From positions 79,696-143,695 of the forward strand of contig JAHBVE010000003.1 of NCBI GenBank assembly GCA_019637675.1: a stretch of DNA of 64,000 bases, written 5' to 3'. This DNA comes from Anaerolineales bacterium (GTDB lineage Bacteria; Chloroflexota; Anaerolineae; Anaerolineales; UBA11579). Positions 46,109 through 55,981 of the stretch are shown one piece after another (positions within the stretch are counted from its first letter, which is position 1; every line of letters starts with the position of its first letter). The position numbers and the translations under genes were made by a program. The notes under the pieces are model-generated. The model made no database searches, was not told the DNA's origin, and saw nothing but the letters and a program-made list of their open reading frames with translations.

Positions 46109-47015
46109 ATTCACTGTCTCCCAGTCTCAGCGCTCGATATGACTCATAGCGCTCTGGATGCACCTTGCCTTCATCGACAGCGGCTTTGACGGCACAATCA
46201 GGCTCCTCAAGGTGGCGGCAGCCGCGGTAGTGGCAGCCATGGATCAGCGGCTTGATCTCAGGAAAATAGCCATCCAATTCCTCTGGCTGAATATCCCACA
46301 ACGCCAATGCCTTGATGCCAGGCGTATCCGCCACATAGCCGCCCCCAACCAGCTTGTACATTAGCCGTTCAGCCGTAGTGTGCTTGCCTTTGCCCGAACT
46401 CTGCTGAACATCGCCCACGCGCAGATCAAGCCCGGGTTGGACTGCATTCATCAGGCTCGATTTGCCTGTGCCCGAAGGGCCGGCCAGCACCGAGATCTTG
46501 CCCAGGAGCAAGCTGCGCAACTCTTCGATACCCAGATCATCCGCAACCGAGGAGTAATGCACCGGATAGCCGATCTCAGCATAATGGCCAAAGATCTCTT
46601 GCGCCTGCTGCATGCCGACCAAGTCAACTTTGCTGGCAACGATATGTGCTGGGATCTCTTGTGCTTCGGCAATGATCAGGAAACGATCCAGCATGCGCAA
46701 ACGCGGCGCGGGGTCAGCACAAGCGAAAATGAACAGCGCCTGGTCAGGGTTGGCGATCAGCACCTGCTCATATTCACCGTTGGGACGCGGGTCACGGCGC
46801 ACCAGCGCCCGGCTGCGCGGCGCCACCGACTCGATCATCGGCTCGGCGCCCTCCTCGATACTTATCTCTACGCGGTCACCGATCGCAACGATATCGCCGG
46901 TGGGGCGGCCCTTTTTCAAGCGGCCGCGCAGGCGAGCTAAATATTCGCCCTGCGCAGTTTCCACCGCGTAGAAGCCAGACTGTGAGCGAAGTACCAGGCC
47001 GCTAAGCTGCATCAA
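46107..47015 (-). CDS. rsgA: Ribosome small-subunit-dependent GTPase A
   Basis: OB domain, circularly permuted GTPase (ASKVDLV ... GPSGTGKSSLMN), and the zinc knuckle CHYRGCRHLEEPDC. Confidence 0.92.
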   Translation of the reverse strand: MMQLSGLVLRSQSGFYAVETAQGEYLARLRGRLKKGRPTGDIVAIGDRVEISIEEGAEPMIESVAPRSRALVRRDPRPNGEYEQVLIANPDQALFIFACADPAPRLRMLDRFLIIAEAQEIPAHIVASKVDLVGMQQAQEIFGHYAEIGYPVHYSSVADDLGIEELRSLLLGKISVLAGPSGTGKSSLMNAVQPGLDLRVGDVQQSSGKGKHTTAERLMYKLVGGGYVADTPGIKALALWDIQPEELDGYFPEIKPLIHGCHYRGCRHLEEPDCAVKAAVDEGKVHPERYESYRALRLGDSE

Positions 47016-47019
47016 ACGG

Positions 47020-49275
47020 TTAGGGCTCCGGAGTTTCCTGAGCTTGCTCAGTCGCCAAGGCTTCAGCCGTTCCGGTAGCCTGTTGCTGCAAGATGGGGTT
47101 GAAGAACACCGGATTGACTACGCCGTAGTCGGTCTCCCAGGGATACAACGGCCCAGGGCTGGCGAAGAAGTAGTAGCCTGCCACACGGCGGAAGATCGGG
47201 GCGGCAAAGTCAGATCCATCGCCGACATTTTCAACCAGCACAGCAATGGCGATATCCGGCTGGTCTTCCCGGTTGGCGTCCGTGTAGCCAATGAACCATG
47301 CATGCGGCAGCAGGCCCGTGCCGGCGGTCGCTGTGCCGGTCTTGCCATACACGGGCAGACCGAAGCCGGTGAAGCGGCGGTAGGCGGTGCCGCGCGGGTC
47401 AGACACGACCAGGCGCATACCTGTTTGAAGGGTTTCGAGGGTGAGTTGACTTATCGGCAGCGTACCCTTGACTTGAGGTGTGAAGCTCAGAACCTCATCC
47501 CCATTGGCATTGACCACGCGGTCCACCAGGCTGGGAACGTAGAGGGTGCCGCCATTGCCCACGGCGGCCGTATACACAGCCGCCTGCAGCGGAGTGAGCA
47601 GCGTAGTACCCTGGCCAAAGGCCTGTTGCACGGCCTGGTTGCGGCCGGTGTCTTCATCAGTGGGTTCAGGATCGACAACCGAGCCGGCCACTTCGTTCAG
47701 GCTTTGAATGCCCGTGAGCGAGCCGAGGCCAAAGCCGCGGGCCATCTCCGCCACCGCGTTCTTGAAGCCGGCGTTATACAGGTCCATACCGATCTGGTAG
47801 AACCACGGATTGCACGAGCGCATAATGCCTTCAACCAAGGTCAGGCGGCCACTGCTGGGCAGCTCTTTGTCCAAGGTCCAGTCGATCAAGGTTTGCCCGG
47901 CCAGGCCATGCCACTCCTGCACACAATCCATCTGCTGGTCAGGCTGGAACTGGCCACTTTCCACGGCGGCGGCATATGTGATGACTTTGAAGATCGAACC
48001 CGGCGGATATTGCCCCTGAGTGGCCCGATTGAAGAAGACGTCATCTCCGCCAGTGAAATACGAGTTCCAGTCAGAGTTGTAGTTATTGAAATCTGCCCAG
48101 TTCTGATTAAACCCAGGCGAGGATGCCATGGCCAAAATGCGGCCTGTGTCACGCTCAAGCACTACGATAGCGCCGCGGAAGTCCTTGATGGCTTCTTGAG
48201 CGCGGCGCTGCAATTCACTGTCTAGAGACGTATAGATGGAATCCGAAGGCTGAGACGCACTTTGGGCCAGCTGGGTCACTACTTCCCCGGCCGGATTAAG
48301 CACGTACAGCGTGCCGCCGCGTGTGCCGGCCAGGTACTCCTCGCCCCAGGCTTCCAGCCCTAGCCGGCCGATGCGGTCGTCGCTCTGATAACCACGCGGA
48401 ATGAATTCCTGAACCTGCTCTGCCGGAATTGAGGCAAAGTAACCCACGGTCTGCGGGGCCAGGCCGCCGTTGTAGTACAGGCGGGTGTTGTATTGAGTGG
48501 AACGGATACCAGACAGGCCACTCCAATCCCCGGCACGAGCTTGGAATTCTTCTTCGGAGACCTCAGCGATCGAGACGTAGTAAGGCGGCTCGGTGTCTTC
48601 AGGGAACAGCAAGTTGCTGATCTCAGAAGCGGGCCGGCGGCTGACGCGGGCCAGTTCGCTGATCACGCGGTTGGCATCCTCTTCTTCGATCAAGCTGGGG
48701 AAGGCACCTACCGCCACCGCAGCCGTGCCGCCGGCGATCACATTCCCGTTACGGTCATAGATGAACCCGCGGGCGGGCACAGAACGCTGCATGCTGAGGC
48801 GGTTACCGCCCGCCAGCTCCGGCAAAATGATGCGGTCATCCCAGGTGATGCGCCAATTGTTGCCTTCTAGTTTAAGATCAATAGCGGTATCGCGCGTAAT
48901 AGGGCCGATAACAGCCGAATTCAGCGTTACCCGGTAGCCAACCTGTGCCGTTTGTGGGTTGATTAGGGATTGCAAGATCTCATAATCAACCCGGAACAGA
49001 TTGGCCTGAGTAGCCACATCCGCATAGCGGGCCACAAAGTCCTCTTCAGTGATCTGGCTGCGGCTCTCTGCGGTCAGCATGGTGTACATGCTGGGGTAGT
49101 CGCCCGCGTTCCATGCATCCAGGTAGGAGCGCACGGCCAACTCGGCATCTGGAGCAGCGCTGACGTTGATCTGCGGCGTGGGCAATGCCTGGCTTTGGCC
49201 AAGCCCGCACGCACTGAGTACGATCGAGAGGAGTGCCAAACTGAGAATGACGCGACGCATGGAGTTGTCGTGCAT
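47020..49275 (-). CDS. Class B penicillin-binding protein (transpeptidase) with an N-terminal NTF2-like domain
   Basis: SIFK (SxxK), SCN (SxN) and KTGTA (KTG). The start ATG overlaps the maf stop (TAATG). Lipoprotein-like LSAC. Confidence 0.88.
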   Translation of the reverse strand: MHDNSMRRVILSLALLSIVLSACGLGQSQALPTPQINVSAAPDAELAVRSYLDAWNAGDYPSMYTMLTAESRSQITEEDFVARYADVATQANLFRVDYEILQSLINPQTAQVGYRVTLNSAVIGPITRDTAIDLKLEGNNWRITWDDRIILPELAGGNRLSMQRSVPARGFIYDRNGNVIAGGTAAVAVGAFPSLIEEEDANRVISELARVSRRPASEISNLLFPEDTEPPYYVSIAEVSEEEFQARAGDWSGLSGIRSTQYNTRLYYNGGLAPQTVGYFASIPAEQVQEFIPRGYQSDDRIGRLGLEAWGEEYLAGTRGGTLYVLNPAGEVVTQLAQSASQPSDSIYTSLDSELQRRAQEAIKDFRGAIVVLERDTGRILAMASSPGFNQNWADFNNYNSDWNSYFTGGDDVFFNRATQGQYPPGSIFKVITYAAAVESGQFQPDQQMDCVQEWHGLAGQTLIDWTLDKELPSSGRLTLVEGIMRSCNPWFYQIGMDLYNAGFKNAVAEMARGFGLGSLTGIQSLNEVAGSVVDPEPTDEDTGRNQAVQQAFGQGTTLLTPLQAAVYTAAVGNGGTLYVPSLVDRVVNANGDEVLSFTPQVKGTLPISQLTLETLQTGMRLVVSDPRGTAYRRFTGFGLPVYGKTGTATAGTGLLPHAWFIGYTDANREDQPDIAIAVLVENVGDGSDFAAPIFRRVAGYYFFASPGPLYPWETDYGVVNPVFFNPILQQQATGTAEALATEQAQETPEP

Positions 49276-49940
49276 TAGTGCTCCCATTGAAGGACGAGAT
49301 GGCTTACTGGGCAATCATAGTTCAGATGTTGCTGGCAGGCCGCCGGCAGATCCACCGCAAGCGGCAAGCCCCAACGCCGCCAGTTACGCAGCAGGTGGCA
49401 CAAGGGCAGGCCAGCCACATTGGCGAAGCACCCGGCAAAATTCTCTACCGGGTGAAAGCTGGTATTTTGTATCCCATAGGCGCCGGCTTTGTCCAGAGGC
49501 TGGCCGCTGGCGATGTAGGCGCTCATCTCGCTATCAGAATAGTTGCGCATCGGCACCTGGCTGAGCGCCAGATCGGTCACCTGGCGGCCAGCCGCCGTGT
49601 CCCATAGGCACAGGCCGCTGTAGACCTGGTGGGTGCGGCCGCGCAGCATGCGCAGGATGCGCTCGGCGTCGGCCGCATCGAGCGGCTTGCCGATGATCTC
49701 GCCCTCGTGCACAACTGTGGTATCGGCGGCTACCACCACCGCGGCCTCCCCATCCAACCGCTCAGCGATCACCTGCGCCTTGCCTCGGGCGAGGCGCATG
49801 ACGTATTCGGTTGGAGCTTCGCCCGGCAGCACATCCTCATTGATGTCGGCGGGCATCACCTCGAACGGCAAGCCCAGCAGCGAGAGCAGCTCTTTGCGGC
49901 GTGGCGAGGTGGAGGCGAGGATCAGTTTGGGTGAATCCAT
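49275..49940 (-). CDS. maf: Maf-like nucleoside triphosphate pyrophosphatase with a Cys-containing C-terminal extension
   Basis: LILASTSPRRKELL, VVAADTTV and DKAGAYGIQ. Start at MDSPKL; the upstream part of the track ORF is antisense to xpt. Confidence 0.88.
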   Translation of the reverse strand: MDSPKLILASTSPRRKELLSLLGLPFEVMPADINEDVLPGEAPTEYVMRLARGKAQVIAERLDGEAAVVVAADTTVVHEGEIIGKPLDAADAERILRMLRGRTHQVYSGLCLWDTAAGRQVTDLALSQVPMRNYSDSEMSAYIASGQPLDKAGAYGIQNTSFHPVENFAGCFANVAGLPLCHLLRNWRRWGLPLAVDLPAACQQHLNYDCPVSHLVLQWEH

Positions 49941-50000
49941 AAGCCTTAATTTTAGCTGGCGAAGCGGGAACTTACCAAACTTGTGGTTAAATGCTGCGAT

Positions 50001-50570
50001 ATGCAGGCGCTGAAAGAACGCATCCGCAAAGATGGCCGCAACCTGGGCGGGGGCATCCTCAAAGTGGACGGCTTCATCAACCACCAGGTAGACCCTGGCC
50101 TGATGGAAGCCTGCGGTCGCGAATTTGCCCAGCATTTCAAGGACAGCGGCGCCACCAAGATCCTCACCGCCGAAATTTCTGGCATTGCCCCCGCCGTCAC
50201 CACCGGCATCCACCTCAACCTGCCCGTGGTGTACGCCCGCAAGAACAAGCCCATCACCATGCCTGACCAGGTGTTCCTGACCCTGGCGCCCTCGCACACC
50301 AAGGGCCGCATGGTGGAGCTGATCGTCTCGCCCGAATACCTGGCCGATGGCGAGAAAGTGCTGATCATTGACGACTTCCTGGCCAGCGGCGCCACCATCC
50401 TGGGCCTGGCGCGGCTGGCGCAGACCGCTGGCGCCCAAATCGTTGGCATCGGCGCCCTCGTCGAAAAAACATTCGAGCAGGGCCGCACGGCCCTGGAAGT
50501 GCTGGGCGTGCCCATCGTCTCTCTGGTTGCCATCACCAACATGAATGGCGACGCCATCGAATTCGCCTAG
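50001..50570 (+). CDS. xpt: Xanthine phosphoribosyltransferase
   Basis: [14 protein letters not shown] and the PRPP motif [13 protein letters not shown]. Confidence 0.88.
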   Translation: MQALKERIRKDGRNLGGGILKVDGFINHQVDPGLMEACGREFAQHFKDSGATKILTAEISGIAPAVTTGIHLNLPVVYARKNKPITMPDQVFLTLAPSHTKGRMVELIVSPEYLADGEKVLIIDDFLASGATILGLARLAQTAGAQIVGIGALVEKTFEQGRTALEVLGVPIVSLVAITNMNGDAIEFA

Positions 50571-50575
50571 ATGCC

Positions 50576-52111
50576 ATGATCGTCATTCTGGACTTCGGCT
50601 CGCAAACATCTCAACTGATCGCCCGCCGTTTGCGCGAAGCCCAGGTATATTGCCAGCTCTTCCCTTGTGACACACCCGCAGACGAGATCCTGGCGCTGAA
50701 GCCTGAAGGCTTTGTGCTCTCGGGTGGGCCGGCGTCGGTGTATGCCGAGGGGTCGCCCCAACTCCCGGAGTATGTGATCGAAAGCGGCAAGCCGATCCTG
50801 GGCATCTGCTACGGTATGCAAGCCATGACGCATGCGCTGGGCGGCCAGGTGGCCGCCAGCCTGCAGCGTGAGTATGGCTCGGCCCAGGTGCGCACCCTCA
50901 GCCCCAACGCCCTGCTGGGCGAGGGCGAGCAAACCGTGTGGATGTCGCACGGCGACCGCATCGAGCAGGCGCCGCCCGGCTTCACGCCGATCGCAGCCAG
51001 CAGCAACGCCCCAGTGGCGGCGATGGCGGATGCCAGCCGCGGCTACTACGGCGTCCAGTTCCACCCGGAGGTGCATCACACCCCCGGTGGGGCCGAGATC
51101 CTGCGCCGCTTCGCCATCGAAGTATGCGGCGCACCGGCCACCTGGTCACCAGGCGCGATTGTCGAGCAATCCATTGAAGCGATCCGCGCCCAGGTCGGGG
51201 GCGCCACAGCGCTCTCCGCCATCAGCGGCGGCTTGGACTCCAGCGTGGCCTCCGCTCTGGTGCACGCCGCGATCGGTGACCAGCTGGTCGCCATGTTCGT
51301 GGATACTGGCCTGTTGCGCCTGGGCGAGCGCGAAGAGGTCATCCAAGCCCTGCAAAGCGGGCTTGGGATCGAACTGGTGGTGGTGGACGCCGCGGCCATG
51401 TTCCTGGCCGATCTCAAAGGTGTGACCGACCCCGAAGAAAAGCGCCGCCGCATCGGTGAACGCTTTATCCGCGTCTTTGAAGCCCAGGCCCAGCAACTAG
51501 GGCTGCCGCCTTTCCTGGTGCAAGGCACCATTTACCCAGACGTTATCGAATCGCGCGCCCCGGAACGCCAGCACGCCGAACGCATCAAAACGCACCACAA
51601 CGTGGGCGGCCTGCCCAAGAACATGAACTTCGAACTGGTGGAGCCTCTACGCTATCTGTTCAAAGATGAAGTCCGCAAAGTTGGCGAGAGCCTGGGGCTG
51701 CCTGACCATCTGCTGTGGCGCCAGCCCTTCCCCGGGCCTGGCCTGGCGGTGCGCTGCCTGGGCGAAGTGACCGGCCCGCGCCTGGCCGCCCTGCGCGCCG
51801 CGGACGCCATCTTCACTGGCGAACTAAAAGAGGCTGGGCTGGTGAACCGCCCCAACGCGCCGCTGGCCCAGGCTTTTGCCGTGCTGCTGCCGGTGCGCAG
51901 CGTAGGCGTAATGGGTGACCAGCGCACCTATCAGGAGACGGTGGCGCTGCGCGCCGTCGCCAGCCAGGATTTCATGACGGCTGACTGGGCTGCCCTGCCA
52001 GACGAACTGCTGCGCAAAGCCTCAAGCCGCATCGTGAACGAGGTCGCCGGCGTGAACCGCGTCGTATACGACATCAGCAGTAAGCCTCCGGCCACCATTG
52101 AGTGGGAATAA
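50576..52111 (+). CDS. guaA: GMP synthase (glutamine-hydrolysing)
   Basis: GATase [12 protein letters not shown]-PPase SGGLDSSV, and the C-terminal PPATIEWE. Confidence 0.97.
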   Translation: MIVILDFGSQTSQLIARRLREAQVYCQLFPCDTPADEILALKPEGFVLSGGPASVYAEGSPQLPEYVIESGKPILGICYGMQAMTHALGGQVAASLQREYGSAQVRTLSPNALLGEGEQTVWMSHGDRIEQAPPGFTPIAASSNAPVAAMADASRGYYGVQFHPEVHHTPGGAEILRRFAIEVCGAPATWSPGAIVEQSIEAIRAQVGGATALSAISGGLDSSVASALVHAAIGDQLVAMFVDTGLLRLGEREEVIQALQSGLGIELVVVDAAAMFLADLKGVTDPEEKRRRIGERFIRVFEAQAQQLGLPPFLVQGTIYPDVIESRAPERQHAERIKTHHNVGGLPKNMNFELVEPLRYLFKDEVRKVGESLGLPDHLLWRQPFPGPGLAVRCLGEVTGPRLAALRAADAIFTGELKEAGLVNRPNAPLAQAFAVLLPVRSVGVMGDQRTYQETVALRAVASQDFMTADWAALPDELLRKASSRIVNEVAGVNRVVYDISSKPPATIEWE

Positions 52112-52256
52112 GCCAGAGTCGCTTTCTAAGCAAGTAGCATCTGCTCGCTTCACCCCGTTTACGGCAATAGACCGAGCATAACTCAAATCTATTTGAGAAA
52201 CGCGCGCCCAAAGCAGGCTCAGCGCGTGTATCATCTTTGTAAGGAGACACAGCCCA

Positions 52257-53165
52257 ATGGAAATCGGCAACATACTCTCGCGTGCTTGGAAGATCATCTG
52301 GAAGCACAAAGTTTTGTGGATCTTTGGCATTTTGGCTTCCTGCGGCTCCCGCAGTGGCGGGGGAGGCGGGGGTAACAACTTCAGCACCGATAGCGGTCAA
52401 AACTTCAACCCGCCGCCCGAGCTGCAACAGTTCTTCACCAATCTCGAGCGCAGTATGCGCACCATTTCTGAAGAGCAGATCATTATGTTCGTGGCGATCT
52501 TCTTTGCCGCGATCTGCTTGCTGGTTGTCATCACCTGGCTGGTTGGCCTGTTCGGCAAGACCGGCGTAACGGTAGGCGCCCTGCGCGCCGAAGCCGGCAG
52601 CGCTGTGACCTTCCGCTCTATCTGGAGTGAAAGCTGGCCTGTCTTTGACCGCATTGTGGGGCTCAATTTCCTTCTGGCTCTGCCTCCCATTCTGCTCGGC
52701 GTTGTGCTCGCGGTAGGCTTCGCCGCGATCGGCGTGCTCACCATGGGCATCGGCGCATTGTGCCTGCTGCCCTTGCTGTGCCTGTTCATCCCCATCGGCA
52801 TTGCTTATGGCGTCTTCACTGACTTTGCCAGCATTGCCGTGATCAAAGAGAACCTGGGCATCAGCGCCGCCATTCAGCGCAGCTGGGATGTGCTATCCAA
52901 GAACGTCGGCAGCCTGGCCCTGCTTGCGCTGGTACTGATCCTGGGCAGCTTCTTCATCAGCATCCTGCTCGCCCTGCCGTTCTTCCTGGCGCTCCTGCCC
53001 CTGATCCTGGGCGCGGCCAATGGCGGCGCCATGCAAAACATGACCGTCACGCTCGTCTGTTTTGCGGCCCTCATCCCGGTCATACTGGTCGCCAGCGGCA
53101 TTCTGTACAGCTATCTGCAGACCGCCTGGACCCTGGCCTACGCGGAGCTCACCGCGGCGAAATAA
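52257..53165 (+). CDS. Polytopic membrane protein of unknown function
   Basis: N-terminal helix, a Gly-rich loop, then at least five hydrophobic helices. RBS AAGGAGA. Confidence 0.6.
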   Translation: MEIGNILSRAWKIIWKHKVLWIFGILASCGSRSGGGGGGNNFSTDSGQNFNPPPELQQFFTNLERSMRTISEEQIIMFVAIFFAAICLLVVITWLVGLFGKTGVTVGALRAEAGSAVTFRSIWSESWPVFDRIVGLNFLLALPPILLGVVLAVGFAAIGVLTMGIGALCLLPLLCLFIPIGIAYGVFTDFASIAVIKENLGISAAIQRSWDVLSKNVGSLALLALVLILGSFFISILLALPFFLALLPLILGAANGGAMQNMTVTLVCFAALIPVILVASGILYSYLQTAWTLAYAELTAAK

Positions 53166-53167
53166 GC

Positions 53168-53671
53168 ATGGGCCTGCTGGATACCAACGCCTTCTCGCGC
53201 CTGCGGCGCAACCACGGGCTGGAGCATGCCACCATCCATGTGATCAGCCGCACCCACCCGCGCATATCCACCGCCGGTCACTCTGACCCCGGTGGCTTCT
53301 GGCTGCTGGGTGACCTGAGCACTGAGGCCGTGTACGCCGCGGTCGAGGAAGCGTTAGCGCGCCTGAATGCGGGGGAGCGCAACCTGGCCATTCACCCAAA
53401 CTGTGGCACCAATCTGGTCACGGCCAGCGTCACCGCTGGCCTGGCCGGCGCGTTTGCCTTCGGCACGGCACGCAATGACCGCGAGCGCCTGGAGCGGCTG
53501 CCGCTGGCGATCCTCATGTCGCTGGGCGGCCTGCTGCTGGCGCGGCCGCTCGGCGCGCGCATCCAGCAGCGCGTCACCACCTCAGGCGATCCTGGCAGCT
53601 TGCACGTTGTCGAGATCCGCCGCACCCAACGCGGGCGTTTCACCGCCCACCGCGTCAGTACAGCAGACTAG
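53168..53671 (+). CDS. Conserved-looking hypothetical protein with a His/Cys motif
   Basis: NHGLEHATIH ... LAIHPNCGTN followed by hydrophobic segments. It is tightly packed between its neighbours, with 2-nt and 1-nt gaps. Confidence 0.55.
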   Translation: MGLLDTNAFSRLRRNHGLEHATIHVISRTHPRISTAGHSDPGGFWLLGDLSTEAVYAAVEEALARLNAGERNLAIHPNCGTNLVTASVTAGLAGAFAFGTARNDRERLERLPLAILMSLGGLLLARPLGARIQQRVTTSGDPGSLHVVEIRRTQRGRFTAHRVSTAD

Positions 53672-53672
53672 T

Positions 53673-54653
53673 ATGGCCGCCAAGCCCAGCGTCTATATCT
53701 TCATGGGGGAGGATGACACCGCCATCCGTGAAGAGATCGCCAAACTCGCACGGAAGCTCGGCGACCCGGCCACGGCGGAAATGAACACATCCCGGCTGGA
53801 ACCGGGTGCCAACCTGGACGCGTTACGCCGCGCCGCGCTGGCCGCGCCCTTTCTGGCCGAGCGCAGGCTCGTCATTGCTCAGCAAACTGTGAAGACATTC
53901 AATGCCGCAGACGCACGCGGCCGCTTTACCGAATTCCTAAACGAAGTGCCTGCCAGCACCGCGCTGGTACTGCTCGAAACCACAGTCTTCGAAGATAAAC
54001 ATTGGCTGATGAAATGGGCCGATGCCGCCGAGGGCCGCGCCTTTGTGCGCGAGTTCAATCTGCCGCAGGGCGCCCAACTGGCCAGCTGGTTGAGCCAGCG
54101 GGCGAAGGAGCTGGGCGGCGAGCTGCAGCCGCAGGCCGCCGCGGCGCTGGCGCAGATGCAGGCCACCGACAAGGCCGCCGCCGAGCAAGAGCTGGACAAG
54201 CTGCTAGCCTACGTCAATTACAACCGCCCCATCACCGCCGCCGATGTACAGGCGGTCAGCCTGCCTAGCGGCGAACACGGTGACTTCTTCGCGCTGGCCG
54301 ATGCGCTGAGCGCCGCCAACGGGCAGCGCGCTATGCAAGCCCTGTTACCCCTGTTGGAGGAGCGTGATCTGATCCTGCTCTACTTCAGTATGGTAGGGCA
54401 CTTCAGGGGGCTCTTACAAAGCCGGGACCTGCTGGATGCAGGCCTGGGCGAAGCAGATATCGCCAAGCAACTCGGGATGCACCCCTATCGCGCCAAGAAG
54501 CTATCCGCCCAGGCGCGCCAGTTCAGCGCCATCAGCCTGCAGCGCATTTATGCACGACTTTTGGAATACGATGAGCAAATCAAGACCGGCGAGATGGAGC
54601 CTCGCCTGGCCATGCAAGCCTTTGTAGCAGAGCTCAGCGTGCAAGCGGCTTAG
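53673..54653 (+). CDS. holA: DNA polymerase III subunit delta
   Basis: VYIFMGEDDTAIREEI, APFLAERRLVI and helical C-terminal domains. Start ATG at 53673. Confidence 0.75.
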   Translation: MAAKPSVYIFMGEDDTAIREEIAKLARKLGDPATAEMNTSRLEPGANLDALRRAALAAPFLAERRLVIAQQTVKTFNAADARGRFTEFLNEVPASTALVLLETTVFEDKHWLMKWADAAEGRAFVREFNLPQGAQLASWLSQRAKELGGELQPQAAAALAQMQATDKAAAEQELDKLLAYVNYNRPITAADVQAVSLPSGEHGDFFALADALSAANGQRAMQALLPLLEERDLILLYFSMVGHFRGLLQSRDLLDAGLGEADIAKQLGMHPYRAKKLSAQARQFSAISLQRIYARLLEYDEQIKTGEMEPRLAMQAFVAELSVQAA

Positions 54654-54867
54654 TAGCCACGTCTTCCCCCACCCATAGATAGCTCGGCAACACCGTCTTG
54701 CGCGGCTGCAGACGCAACGCGCCGAATTGGCGTTCGTTTTGCAGCAGGCTGGGGTGCAGCATCACCAAATTGGCTGCCCGTCCGTATTTGCGGCGATAGC
54801 GCTCAGCCGCCCACAGGATCTTGCCCTCCAGCTGGTTGGCATCGTCAATAAAGAATAGTTCTCCCAT
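54634..54867 (-). CDS. Small hypothetical protein
   Basis: 77 aa with GGGGGAGA 9 nt upstream of the ATG and coding-like codon usage. It lies 46 nt downstream of the PLD gene, and its 3' end overlaps the holA end by 20 nt. Confidence 0.4.
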   Translation of the reverse strand: MGELFFIDDANQLEGKILWAAERYRRKYGRAANLVMLHPSLLQNERQFGALRLQPRKTVLPSYLWVGEDVATKPLAR

Positions 54868-54913
54868 ACATTAGATTCTCCCCCGCAAATATTGGAGATT
54901 AATTAATGAGTGG

Positions 54914-55981
54914 TTATTTCTCTGTTAGCGCCCACAACAGGCGGAAATGGTCCAGATATTCCGCTGCCAGGCTGGCGCTATAAATGATCAAGGTATTCTC
55001 ATCATTGCGGCGCTCAGCGTTGGAGCTGAAGTTGTAAGAGCCGGTAACCACAATGGCCCCATCCACGATCAGCACTTTGTCATGCAGGTTAACGCCGGGC
55101 TCATCCTTATGCACTTGCACGCCGTTCTGGCGCAAGAAGCCATACTCGCCGCCCTGGTTTCCAATTTGAGCATCGTCCATGATGCCAAGCACCTCCACAC
55201 CTCGCTGCTGGGCGCGCACCAGCGCATCCCCCAGCTCATCCAGCGTCAGTGAAAAGGCCAGGAAATACACACTCTCCTCAGCCGCGTCCAGCACATCAAC
55301 CAGCGCAGCCGCCACAGAGTCATCCGGCGAGAAGTAGGTATGCACTTCTACATCGCCAAGATAGATCTCCTGGTGTGGCGTGTTATCAAAAGTGATCTCG
55401 CCGAAATACCCCCGCGTGAACATCTCATCGAACTCATTGGCGTAGTTGGCCGCCAATTCGCTGGATCGGATGCGCAAGAGGTTATTGCGGTTGCCATACA
55501 TATCGCTGACTGTGTAGTTGGTGGAGCCGGTCCAGACCTCATAGCCATCGATCACGACAAATTTGTTGTGCATGAAGTTGGGGTTGGTATCCGCGACCAG
55601 CGGAATACCGGCCTGTGCCAGCTGCTGCAGCTCGCGGCGATCCATGTTGTCCGCCTCCACCACCAGGCGCACATCCACCCCGCGCGCGTGGGCGTCCAGC
55701 AAGGCATCCCGAATGCTCCACAGGTTCAAGTCGTAGATCGCCATGTGCACACTGGTGCGGGCCTGGTCAATGGCGGCGGCGATCGCCTCGTCCGGCCCAC
55801 CCTCCACATCACGCGCCCGGGGTGCATAAGGATCCGTGAAATAGACCTGCACCCAGTCGGTTGCCGCCGTATAGGCTGGAGAAGAGGATGGAGCTGTCTG
55901 CGGAGTACACGCGCCAAGCAGTAAGACGAGACATGGAAGGAGTGAACGCATCGGCAACATTATAATGAGCCGCATGGACAA
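54914..55981 (-). CDS. Secreted or lipoprotein phospholipase D-family protein (two HKD motifs; Nuc-like nuclease or phospholipase)
   Basis: HNKFVVIDGYEVWTGSTNYT and LHDKVLIVDGAIVVTGSYNFS; lipobox LLLGAC. The true start is probably an internal ATG (55960 or 55951). Confidence 0.8.
   Translation of the reverse strand: MSMRLIIMLPMRSLLPCLVLLLGACTPQTAPSSSPAYTAATDWVQVYFTDPYAPRARDVEGGPDEAIAAAIDQARTSVHMAIYDLNLWSIRDALLDAHARGVDVRLVVEADNMDRRELQQLAQAGIPLVADTNPNFMHNKFVVIDGYEVWTGSTNYTVSDMYGNRNNLLRIRSSELAANYANEFDEMFTRGYFGEITFDNTPHQEIYLGDVEVHTYFSPDDSVAAALVDVLDAAEESVYFLAFSLTLDELGDALVRAQQRGVEVLGIMDDAQIGNQGGEYGFLRQNGVQVHKDEPGVNLHDKVLIVDGAIVVTGSYNFSSNAERRNDENTLIIYSASLAAEYLDHFRLLWALTEK

Noticed and set aside
49941-50000. 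A purine riboswitch upstream of xpt, as in Firmicutes.
   Set aside because: The gap to the divergent maf start is only 60 nt, too short for the aptamer plus expression platform. It also lacks the conserved purine-riboswitch loop sequences as far as I can read.
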